From NCBI GenBank assembly GCA_002772815.1, contig PFDQ01000022.1, positions 1 to 40,824 on the forward strand: a DNA stretch of 40,824 nucleotides, read 5' to 3'. A program made the translations under genes and the position numbers. Shown here in pieces: positions 1 to 7,318 of the stretch. How positions within the stretch are numbered: position 1 is the stretch's first letter; every line of letters starts with the position of its first letter. The stretch comes from Candidatus Peregrinibacteria bacterium CG10_big_fil_rev_8_21_14_0_10_42_8. GTDB taxonomy: Bacteria; Patescibacteriota; Gracilibacteria; Peribacterales; Peribacteraceae. Below the pieces are notes generated by a model that did no database searches, was not told the DNA's origin, and worked only from the letters and a program-made list of their open reading frames with translations.

Positions 1-582
1 CACACCAACACACACAAGGCTAATAATTGTACGTACCAAGATGACAGAATCTATATGACGGTGTTTTACAAATTTCTTATGAATAATGATTGTAAAAGCA
101 GAGCAAATAGATGAAAGCATAATGAGTGGCACACCAGTGCTAATAGAAAATGACATTATGTCCTCCCATAGAAGGACGCCCATTGCAGCAAGCAATATCA
201 ATCCACCTGTAAGCATTTGCATTGATAACTTCTCCTTAAGGAATATTATGGCAAACAAGACTACAAACATTGGAAGTAAACTTGTCAGGATGATAGATGT
301 CGATGCAGTCACCATAGTAAGCCCCTCAAAGAATAGTAGTGGGCCTACAACACCACCGGTGATAGATGCTATACACGTCCCTAAAATATCATCTTTTGTC
401 ATACCCCACTTTCCTCCGTGTTCCATATCTATGAGCTGATTTAACAGCATGATAATACCAATAACAAGCAGTGTAACAAAGTACATCTGTGCAGGAGTCC
501 AACCATACTGAAATATTGTCTTTGCAAAAATTGGGTTGATATTTGCGAGCACCACAGCAATAAGCATCATGGTGAGATCCAT
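1..582 (-). CDS. EamA/DMT-superfamily transporter, N-terminal ~194 codons (gene continues past the left window edge)
   Basis: Absent from the ORF track because it is open at the edge. The minus-strand ATG at 582-580 is preceded by GGAGGAAT. My translation MDLTMMLIAVVLANINPIFAKTIFQYGWTPAQMYFVTLLVIG...FAIIFLKEKLSMQMLTGGLILLAAMGVLLW... is uninterrupted to nt 1 and multi-TM. It parallels the EamA paralog at 17416-18402 (AAIFLKEKITRTDMFALLCMTIGICIVAL). The plus-strand ORF 86-439 is its antisense shadow. Confidence 0.75.
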   Translation of the reverse strand, partial: MDLTMMLIAVVLANINPIFAKTIFQYGWTPAQMYFVTLLVIGIIMLLNQLIDMEHGGKWGMTKDDILGTCIASITGGVVGPLLFFEGLTMVTASTSIILTSLLPMFVVLFAIIFLKEKLSMQMLTGGLILLAAMGVLLWEDIMSFSISTGVPLIMLSSICSAFTIIIHKKFVKHRHIDSVILVRTIISLVCVGV

Positions 583-629
583 ATTCCTCCGATTTTTTTT
601 GCGAAATAACATATACTTCAAATCATATC

Positions 630-663
630 ATAAAAAAGTCTGGCTCACCGAGGTGAACCAGAC
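630..663 (-). terminator. Rho-independent terminator after the 48-codon ORF
   Basis: The minus-strand RNA reads GUCUGGUUCACC-UC-GGUGAGCCAGAC (12 complementary positions, one G-U), followed directly by UUUUUU (plus-strand A-run 632-637). Confidence 0.7.
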
Positions 664-677
664 GAATGTGTAACCTC

Positions 678-824
678 TTACTCTGTGGAGAAATCGGGTA
701 TTAACCACGTCGGCATCTCTGGTGTGCAACCTGCTGCAGTTGGCAGCAGCATTGCAAACACCCACAGCATTGCCATCGGTGTTGTCCAGACGACAGACAA
801 CAGAATGATTTTCAGCGTTTTCAT
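678..824 (-). CDS. Unannotated small hydrophobic protein, 48 aa (possible small membrane protein, lipopeptide or type I toxin-like peptide)
   Basis: Hand translation: MKTLKIILLSVVWTTPMAMLWVFAMLLPTAAGCTPEMPTWLIPDFSTE*, with TAA at 680-678. GGAGGA sits 4 nt upstream of the ATG. An in-frame ATG at 836 would add MEDA. A promoter-like element lies upstream and a terminator 15 nt downstream. At under 60 aa it is missing from the track. Confidence 0.45.
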   Translation of the reverse strand: MKTLKIILLSVVWTTPMAMLWVFAMLLPTAAGCTPEMPTWLIPDFSTE

Positions 825-888
825 CGCATCCTCCATGAGAGGTTTTAAAGGTCAATATTCTAGGTCACACTCAGTCCAGAACTCGCTA

Positions 889-917
889 TATATACAGAAA
901 GCTACAATAGAAATCAA
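889..917 (-). promoter_or_regulatory. Sigma70-like promoter for the small-ORF transcript
   Basis: Minus strand: TTGATT (917-912), a 17-nt spacer, then TATATA (894-889). This lies about 65 nt upstream of the small-ORF ATG. Confidence 0.3.
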
Positions 918-994
918 GGGTCTAAAGAGCTAGTTTGTCGCTAGTACTACCCGATTTTGCATATAATCTAAAGTAGGATTAGAATACATTAACT

Positions 995-1192
995 ATGAAA
1001 AAACTCTTACTCCTCACGCTATTTTTAGCAGCTTGTTCTACAGAAGCACCCTCTGAATATCCGGAAGATGCCACTCAAAGTGAAATTAACATGGCGACAC
1101 AGATGAATATCACTGTTGAAGAGCTTCGTGCACAGACACCAGAAGCTCATATGAAAATGATGCAAGAGATGCAGGTAAAATCTGCAAACTAG
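995..1192 (+). CDS. Small Met-rich lipoprotein (possible periplasm-side copper-binding accessory)
   Basis: Signal peptide with lipobox: MKKLLLLTLFLAAC. The C-terminus is Met-rich (MATQM...HMKMMQEMQ). The gene ends 5 nt before the multicopper oxidase gene. Confidence 0.6.
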   Translation: MKKLLLLTLFLAACSTEAPSEYPEDATQSEINMATQMNITVEELRAQTPEAHMKMMQEMQVKSAN

Positions 1193-1197
1193 CACAA

Positions 1198-2703
1198 GTG
1201 GTTATGATTAAAAAATCCATTTACATTATTGGCTTTTCAGCGATCCTAGCAGGGTGTCAATCTGCCAGCTATCCCGAAGCTCTTCCTTCTGAAGTGCTTA
1301 CCGTAGCTGATGGTGACCATATTCGTATTGACCCAACCATTGTCCAAAAAACTATCAATGGAAAATCATTTACAATGTATGGATACAATGGGCAGATTCC
1401 AGGACCTATGATTAAAGCACCTCAAGGTGCCACCATTACTATTGATAGCAAAAATCATATTGACTATGAAACAACCATCCACTGGCATGGTCTTCGTCTT
1501 GATAATGAAAATGATGGTGTCCCAGATGTGACAATGGACGCTACCGCTCCTGGCGAAAGCCACACATATACAGTGACGTTCCCTGATGAAGGGATGTACT
1601 GGTATCACCCACATGTTCGTGAGGATATTCAGCAAGATATGGGTCTATACGGGAACCTCTTTGTCACACCTGACGATCCCAAGGAATACAATCCCGTTGA
1701 TAGACAAGAAGTTATTGTCCTTGATGACCTCTTTTTGAATAAAGATGGAACAAATACTCCATACGGGAAAGATCACCCAAACTATGCCCTCATGGGTCGT
1801 TTTGGAAATGTCATGCTTGTCAATGGAAATACATCGTACTCAAAGGAATTTATATCTGGTGATGTTGTTCGTTTCTATATTACAAACGTGGCAAATACGA
1901 GAACCTTTCAATTAAGCATTCCTGGGGTAAAGCTCAAGCGTGTTGGCTCTGATGTGGGACGGTACGAACGAGATGAATTTGTCGATAGCATCACTATTGC
2001 TCCTGCAGAACGCTACATTGTAGAAGCTCTGTTTACGAAAGCTGGTACATACAATTTGCTTCACAAAAGCCCTCTTGCAGAATTTTCACTCGGAACATTC
2101 ACCGTCACTAATGGTCAAAAACTAGCTTCTTTCTCAAAGGAATTTAATTCACTACGGATGTACGATGATGTTATTTCCGATATCGATGCATTCCGCCCAT
2201 ATTTCGATAAGCCTGTTGATAAAACTCTTCGGCTGTCTATTGATATCGATGGTGCGATGGGCATGATGCATATGGGAATGGCTGGAATGCACCATGATGA
2301 GACAGGAATAGAATGGGAAGACACAATGCCAATGATGAACACCACAATGGCAAGTGAGGACTTCCAGTGGAAACTCATTGATGAAGAAACAGGCAAAGCT
2401 AATATGGATTTCAATTGGAAATTTAAGGTGGGTGATAAGGTAAAAGTACGGATTATGAACGATGAGAACTCAGCACATCCTATGCAGCACCCCATTCACT
2501 TCCATGGCCAGCGATTCCTTGTTTTGTCTGAGGATGGAGTGCCAAAGAAAAACTTAGTGTGGAAAGATACTGTCCTTGTACCAATTGGACATGAAGTAGA
2601 GATTCTCTTTGATATTACGAACCCTGGAGACTGGATGTTCCACTGCCATATCGCAGAGCACCTTAGTAATGGTATGATGGGCATGTTTACCGTCTCTGAG
2701 TAA
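1198..2703 (+). CDS. Multicopper oxidase (CueO/CopA-like), lipoprotein
   Basis: All four MCO copper-ligand motifs are present: HWHG, WYHPH, HPIHFHG and HCHIAEHLSNGM. Lipoprotein signal ...ILAGC. A Met/His-rich insert reads GAMGMMHMGMAGMHHDE...MPMMNTTM. The track start 1198 is GTG; the ATG at 1204 is equally plausible. Confidence 0.9.
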   Translation: MVMIKKSIYIIGFSAILAGCQSASYPEALPSEVLTVADGDHIRIDPTIVQKTINGKSFTMYGYNGQIPGPMIKAPQGATITIDSKNHIDYETTIHWHGLRLDNENDGVPDVTMDATAPGESHTYTVTFPDEGMYWYHPHVREDIQQDMGLYGNLFVTPDDPKEYNPVDRQEVIVLDDLFLNKDGTNTPYGKDHPNYALMGRFGNVMLVNGNTSYSKEFISGDVVRFYITNVANTRTFQLSIPGVKLKRVGSDVGRYERDEFVDSITIAPAERYIVEALFTKAGTYNLLHKSPLAEFSLGTFTVTNGQKLASFSKEFNSLRMYDDVISDIDAFRPYFDKPVDKTLRLSIDIDGAMGMMHMGMAGMHHDETGIEWEDTMPMMNTTMASEDFQWKLIDEETGKANMDFNWKFKVGDKVKVRIMNDENSAHPMQHPIHFHGQRFLVLSEDGVPKKNLVWKDTVLVPIGHEVEILFDITNPGDWMFHCHIAEHLSNGMMGMFTVSE

Positions 2704-3776
2704 TGGATCATAATCACCACAATCATAACGGCACAGAAAAGTCTGATGAAAAGTTATGCTGCGCTCCAAAGCATAAAAAGCGAGACTGGCTGCTTCTGCT
2801 TTCCACTGCAATCATTGTTGTATCGTATATGATAAGTCTCCTTCATATTTCAGCATTACCACCTGAATTTGCGACATTTAATGAAAGCATTGTGTCGCTT
2901 ATTAACAAAATGTGGTGGGGAATTCTTCTTGGTATATTTTTTGTTGGGTTTATGGATCGTATTCCACAAGACCTTATCCTCACTGCTCTTGGAAAGGGTG
3001 GTTCATTTAGTGGATTACTTCGTGCAACAGCTGGTGGCGTACTGCTTGACCTTTGTAGTCATGGCATACTCCTTGTTGGCATGAAGCTGTACCAACGAGG
3101 TGCCAGTCTTGGTCAGGTCATGGCATTTCTTATTGCAAGCCCGTGGAACTCAATCTCCCTTACTCTTATATTGCTAGCACTTATTGGCCTAAAGTGGACG
3201 ATTGCATTCATGCTCTTTTCCATTGTCATTGCGCTCATTTCTGGTGTTATTTTTGACACTCTTGTAAAAAAAGGTGTTCTTCCAAGTAATCCAAATACAA
3301 AGGATGTTGCTGAATGTTTCCGTTTTTGGCCATCTCTTAAGACAACAATACGCAATGGCAACTACACACCAATGAGCATTTTTCTTACTATTAAAGATGG
3401 ACTGCTTGGATCAACAATGATTCTCCGTTGGATCTTCTTTGGTACTGTGCTCGCAGCTCTGCTTCAAACATTTATTTCTACAGATAACTTCCAGACATTC
3501 TTCGGACCTACAATTGGAGGGCTCGGTTTAACACTTCTTATTGCTACTATTGTAGAGGTATGCTCTGAAGGTTCTGTTCCTGTTGCAGCAGATCTCCTTA
3601 CTCGTGCAGCAGCACCTGGAAATGCATTTGCGTTCCTTATGACTGGTGTTGCTACTGACTACACGGAAATTCTATCGCTAAAGGAGACGACACAATCTTG
3701 GAAGATCAGCCTTTTTCTACCACTTATCACTGTTCCTCAGGTAATTCTGATAGCGATGATAATAAATGGCTTATAG
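2703..3776 (+). CDS. UPF0718/ArsP-family permease with His/Cys-rich N-terminus (SO_0444-like Cu/Zn efflux permease candidate)
   Basis: The N-terminus is MDHNHHNHNG...KLCCAPKHKK. The protein is polytopic, with two internal repeats each carrying a CS motif (LLDLCSHGILL...AFLIASPWN and VEVCSEGSVPV...AFLMTGVATD). Its start overlaps the MCO stop (TAATG). Confidence 0.7.
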   Translation: MDHNHHNHNGTEKSDEKLCCAPKHKKRDWLLLLSTAIIVVSYMISLLHISALPPEFATFNESIVSLINKMWWGILLGIFFVGFMDRIPQDLILTALGKGGSFSGLLRATAGGVLLDLCSHGILLVGMKLYQRGASLGQVMAFLIASPWNSISLTLILLALIGLKWTIAFMLFSIVIALISGVIFDTLVKKGVLPSNPNTKDVAECFRFWPSLKTTIRNGNYTPMSIFLTIKDGLLGSTMILRWIFFGTVLAALLQTFISTDNFQTFFGPTIGGLGLTLLIATIVEVCSEGSVPVAADLLTRAAAPGNAFAFLMTGVATDYTEILSLKETTQSWKISLFLPLITVPQVILIAMIINGL

Positions 3777-6185
3777 ACCTAAACCCTGCTTTGTCACAAC
3801 AACAGTGTCACCTCTTTTGATGTCTCCTGTCAGGAACTGATCTGCAACATATGTTTCTAATGTGTCTGTAATCGCTCTCTTCATTTCACGTGCTCCAAAC
3901 TCAGGGCTATACCCTTTGTCTGCAATGGCAGCGACCGCATCATCTTCGACTTGAATCGCAATCCCCTTCTCCTCAAGAATATTCTTAATAACAAATTTCA
4001 CCATCAACGATGCGACCTTAACGGTCTCATCTTTTGTAAGAGGGTAGTACAAAATTACATCATCGAATCGGTTAAGGAACTCTGGACTGTAGCTACCAGT
4101 TTTTATGAGTTCGTCGAGTAGCAACTTTTTAAATGCTGATTTATCCGCATCTTTCTTCTCTTTTATAAGCGTTGAAATAAACTGTGCACCTGCATTGCTC
4201 GTCGCAATGATAATGGTATTACGGAAGTTCGTCTTCACGCCTTGTCCATCGATAAGATGTCCTTCATCAAGGATCTGCAAAAAGAGGTTTAGTACCTTCT
4301 TATCTGCCTTTTCTATTTCATCAAGAAGGATAAGTGAAAATGGCTTATCTTGCACTTGGCGTGTAAGGAAACCCTCTGATGGGTAACGAGGATCTGTCGA
4401 TCCAATAATTGCATTCACAGAATCCTCATTGCTGTACTCATTCATATCAAGTCGGATCATTGCATCTGCTTTACCAAAGTACGCTTTTGCAAGCGCCTTT
4501 GCAGTCTGTGTTTTTCCAACTCCTGTAGGCCCTAAGAATAGAAATGTACCGATGGGCTTATCCTTTGTTGATATATCGACACCTGCACGTTTCAAAGCAT
4601 TGGATACAGCAGTTATTGCATGATGCTGGCCAACAATCATTTCTTGCATTGATGACTCTAAGTTTTGTAGTGCCTCTCTCTGAGTATTGCTTTCCTTTGA
4701 GATATCCATCTTTGCACGAACAGAAACCATCTCTCGTACGATTTCCTCTGTCACATATGCACTCTTGTTTGTTTTAGCATAGGAGACAGTGTCATGTAAC
4801 AAGTCTATTGCCTTTCCTGGAAATGACCCTTTTTGAATGTAGCGATCTGCAAGTTCTACAATTGCCTTTAGTGCTTTGTAGGTAACATGTGCTTTCTCTT
4901 TATCCTGTATACTAAAATATTCCTCCATTAAGACAGGCATGGTATCTGGTGCGGATGTTGGCTCTAGTGTTATTTTTTCAAACTGAGCATCTAGAGCAGA
5001 ATCAATTTTAATACGAGAGTGATAATCTCTTGTATTGGCGATTCCAATAATGTTGATTTTTGGAGACTGTAAAAACTTTCCAAGGACTCCGCGTACAGCA
5101 GCATCACCGGACTCTATGAAAAGACCAAGGTTTTGAATAATCAAAATGTATCTCCCCTGCTTTTCCGCTCTTTTGAGAGCAGAAAGCATAAACTTATCTG
5201 GGTCCTTTGCACCAGAAAGAAGATCCTCTGCCTGCAAGACGAGCACATGGGTATACTGATATCCATTTTTAGATTCAGCGAGTCTAAGTTGATATGCAAT
5301 ATTCTTGATGAATGATTCCTTTCCAGAGCCCTCATCTCCAGTAACAATAATATTATGCTGACTTTTTCGCTCAAGAATTTGGAGTGCATCTTTAATCTTA
5401 TCTAGGTGAATCGTCACTTTCTTTTTTCCTTGATACAAAATATTTTGTGAGAGGTCCTTCGTAATTGTGTCGAGGTCATCATTAAAACCTGTCACCCACC
5501 CTTGCCCTACTCCTGAGAATATTCGCACAAGGCCTCCTGGGCTCCACCACTTATCGTGACGCCATACTGCTGAGTGGTACTGTTCCCATTTAACAATCAT
5601 TTCAAGATCCGAAAGCGACATACCAAGAGAATTTAGTAGGTCTTCCATAACACCTTTTCTTTGAAAGAGTGTAAATATTAGGATTCCTGCATCAATGCGC
5701 TTTGCACTGAATCGCTCCATATTTGCAGATGCTTCCCCGAGAATCAGAACAATCTTTTCATTCTCAAGCTCAGGCTTCATCAATGTAGCCAGCCTATTTT
5801 TTTCTAGTCCCATCTCATTGAGGACAAATGCTGCCCTATTCGTCCTTAATATTGCATCCATGAATTCGTAAGCTGTACGCGTACGAGTGGACATGTATCG
5901 CAACGCATCAAAAGTGAGAAGACATGCTGCATTATTTTTTGAAAGTGGCTTACGATCATTATTTTCAAGCATATCCGCAATAAATGTCTGAATGATAATT
6001 CCTGTAAATACCAAGACAAATACTGCAACTGCAATATGTGTAATATTTTGATCTCTTATCTCCTGCATGAGCACTGGTAACGAGACAAGTATTACTGCAA
6101 TCAGAGCGAGTGGTCCTCCAATAAAACGACGTAGTATCCGTGCTGTAAACGCTCGTGTTGCCGTTGGATCAAAGTGAACGTACAT
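3771..6185 (-). CDS. Membrane-anchored Clp/Hsp100-family double-AAA+ ATPase (ClpB/ClpC-like), D1 ring degenerate
   Basis: There are two N-terminal TM helices. D1 has Walker A GDEGSGKES and a Walker B position reading LIIQNLGLF, with no DE. D2 is canonical: GPTGVGKTQTAKALA, LILLDEIEKA, ATSNAG, and a ClpB_D2-small-like SPEFGAREMKRAI. Confidence 0.85.
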   Translation of the reverse strand: MYVHFDPTATRAFTARILRRFIGGPLALIAVILVSLPVLMQEIRDQNITHIAVAVFVLVFTGIIIQTFIADMLENNDRKPLSKNNAACLLTFDALRYMSTRTRTAYEFMDAILRTNRAAFVLNEMGLEKNRLATLMKPELENEKIVLILGEASANMERFSAKRIDAGILIFTLFQRKGVMEDLLNSLGMSLSDLEMIVKWEQYHSAVWRHDKWWSPGGLVRIFSGVGQGWVTGFNDDLDTITKDLSQNILYQGKKKVTIHLDKIKDALQILERKSQHNIIVTGDEGSGKESFIKNIAYQLRLAESKNGYQYTHVLVLQAEDLLSGAKDPDKFMLSALKRAEKQGRYILIIQNLGLFIESGDAAVRGVLGKFLQSPKINIIGIANTRDYHSRIKIDSALDAQFEKITLEPTSAPDTMPVLMEEYFSIQDKEKAHVTYKALKAIVELADRYIQKGSFPGKAIDLLHDTVSYAKTNKSAYVTEEIVREMVSVRAKMDISKESNTQREALQNLESSMQEMIVGQHHAITAVSNALKRAGVDISTKDKPIGTFLFLGPTGVGKTQTAKALAKAYFGKADAMIRLDMNEYSNEDSVNAIIGSTDPRYPSEGFLTRQVQDKPFSLILLDEIEKADKKVLNLFLQILDEGHLIDGQGVKTNFRNTIIIATSNAGAQFISTLIKEKKDADKSAFKKLLLDELIKTGSYSPEFLNRFDDVILYYPLTKDETVKVASLMVKFVIKNILEEKGIAIQVEDDAVAAIADKGYSPEFGAREMKRAITDTLETYVADQFLTGDIKRGDTVVVTKQGLGL

Positions 6186-6608
6186 CTACAGCAATGCAGT
6201 AAAGAGATACGAAAGACACACCCAAAACAGCAGTGGGAAGACAAGCCACAACATATAAAACGTAGCAAATGCTATAAGAAGCACTACGATAATAGTAATG
6301 CCGATGAATAGTGTGACAATACGGAATAAAAAGCCAATCGTTCGACTTACGAGATTTAGTGTAAATGCCTCTGCTATCGCACTAATGTTGAGACCATTTT
6401 TAGGGTACCTGTCTTTTATTTGCCTCCAAGGAGAAAACAATGTGCGAACTAAAAATACAAAAGAGAAGATTTCAACAAACGCTCTGAGGTAATCGAAGAA
6501 TTTTTTCAAAATCCTTGATGGTTGCACCCAATAATACCAACGAATGAATTCTGGAATGGTAATGCCAGTGAAAATGAGTGGATGCCTAATGAGGTCTATT
6601 GGTCCCAT
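6186..6608 (-). CDS. Small polytopic membrane protein, unknown function, abutting the Clp-like ATPase gene
   Basis: 140 aa with several hydrophobic helices (IGFLFRIVTLFIGITIIVVLLIAFATFYMLWLVFPLLFWV). Its stop (6186-6188) directly abuts the ATPase start codon (6185). Confidence 0.6.
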   Translation of the reverse strand: MGPIDLIRHPLIFTGITIPEFIRWYYWVQPSRILKKFFDYLRAFVEIFSFVFLVRTLFSPWRQIKDRYPKNGLNISAIAEAFTLNLVSRTIGFLFRIVTLFIGITIIVVLLIAFATFYMLWLVFPLLFWVCLSYLFTALL

Positions 6609-6712
6609 AGAATTTATGTATGAATCATCTGATTATACCACAAATTTGGCATTTAAAAAACCCTAACTTGTCTCGTTCGCTCAATTGTCGTAAAATTGCC
6701 AAACTCCTCAAA

Positions 6713-7318
6713 ATGACTGCAAAATTCATTGTTATTGACGGCCCAGACGGAAGCGGCACAACACGTCAGAGTGAACTGCTTGCAGATCGTCTTCGTAAGG
6801 CAGGAGACACTGTTTTACTCAGTGCTGAGCCAACAAACTCATCAATTGGAAAAGAAGTGCGGGCAATGCTACATAAGGAGTCTATGCCGTCTGCTGATGC
6901 TGTTCAACTTCTGTTTTGTGCAGATAGAGCAGATCATGTTGAAAACGTCATCAAGCCTGCGCTTGCACAGGGAAATACTGTCATCCTTGATAGATATGCA
7001 CTATCAACAATTGTCTACGGAAAAGCACAAGGAGTCGATGGTCAGTGGCTTGAAACCATTAATGCAGCATTCCCAAAACCAGACCTTACCTTTATCACAC
7101 TTCCACCATTCGATGTGTGTATGGAACGCATAGGACGAAGGTCAGTTCAGGATCAATTTGAAGTAGAGAGTTTTCAACGACGTGTCTATGACTACTATAA
7201 ATCTATCGAAGATCCACGCGTTGTGTTTGTCGATACATCTGGAAGTAAACATCAAACATCTGAAATGGTTTATAACAAGTGTGCAGAATTTTTTGATAAC
7301 CCTATACTACAACCATGA
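6713..7318 (+). CDS. tmk: Thymidylate kinase-like protein with atypical P-loop
   Basis: KFIVIDGPDGSGTTRQ (P-loop position), the DRY motif (VILDRYALST) and an Arg-rich LID (ERIGRRSVQDQFE). I prefer the ATG at 6713 (MTAKFIVIDG) over the track start 6620. The stop TGA overlaps the folD ATG (ATGA). Confidence 0.8.
   Translation: MTAKFIVIDGPDGSGTTRQSELLADRLRKAGDTVLLSAEPTNSSIGKEVRAMLHKESMPSADAVQLLFCADRADHVENVIKPALAQGNTVILDRYALSTIVYGKAQGVDGQWLETINAAFPKPDLTFITLPPFDVCMERIGRRSVQDQFEVESFQRRVYDYYKSIEDPRVVFVDTSGSKHQTSEMVYNKCAEFFDNPILQP

Noticed and set aside
628-885. Riboswitch, RNase P RNA, tmRNA, 6S or SRP RNA in the GC-richer stretch upstream of the EamA gene. The stretch has a terminator, a long closing helix and several internal hairpins.
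   Set aside because: I compared it by eye with TPP, lysine, glycine, SAM-I, FMN, cobalamin, M-box, fluoride, THF and c-di-GMP-II cores, and with RNase P P4 and the tmRNA ends. Only scattered 6-9 nt resemblances appeared (for example GGTTAATACC, CACCGATGG, ACAGAG...GGTTA), and no complete core did. The stretch contains a clean 48-codon ORF with a well-placed GGAGGA, which explains it better. An Infernal scan would be decisive.
86-933. Track ORFs 86-439 (+), 628-855 (-) and 685-933 (+).
   Set aside because: 86-439 is the antisense shadow of the edge-truncated EamA gene. The other two are mutually antisense with non-protein-like composition (for example ...GGCDENAENHSVVCRLDNTDGNAVGVCNAAANC...), lack an SD, and overlap the better-supported small ORF and terminator.
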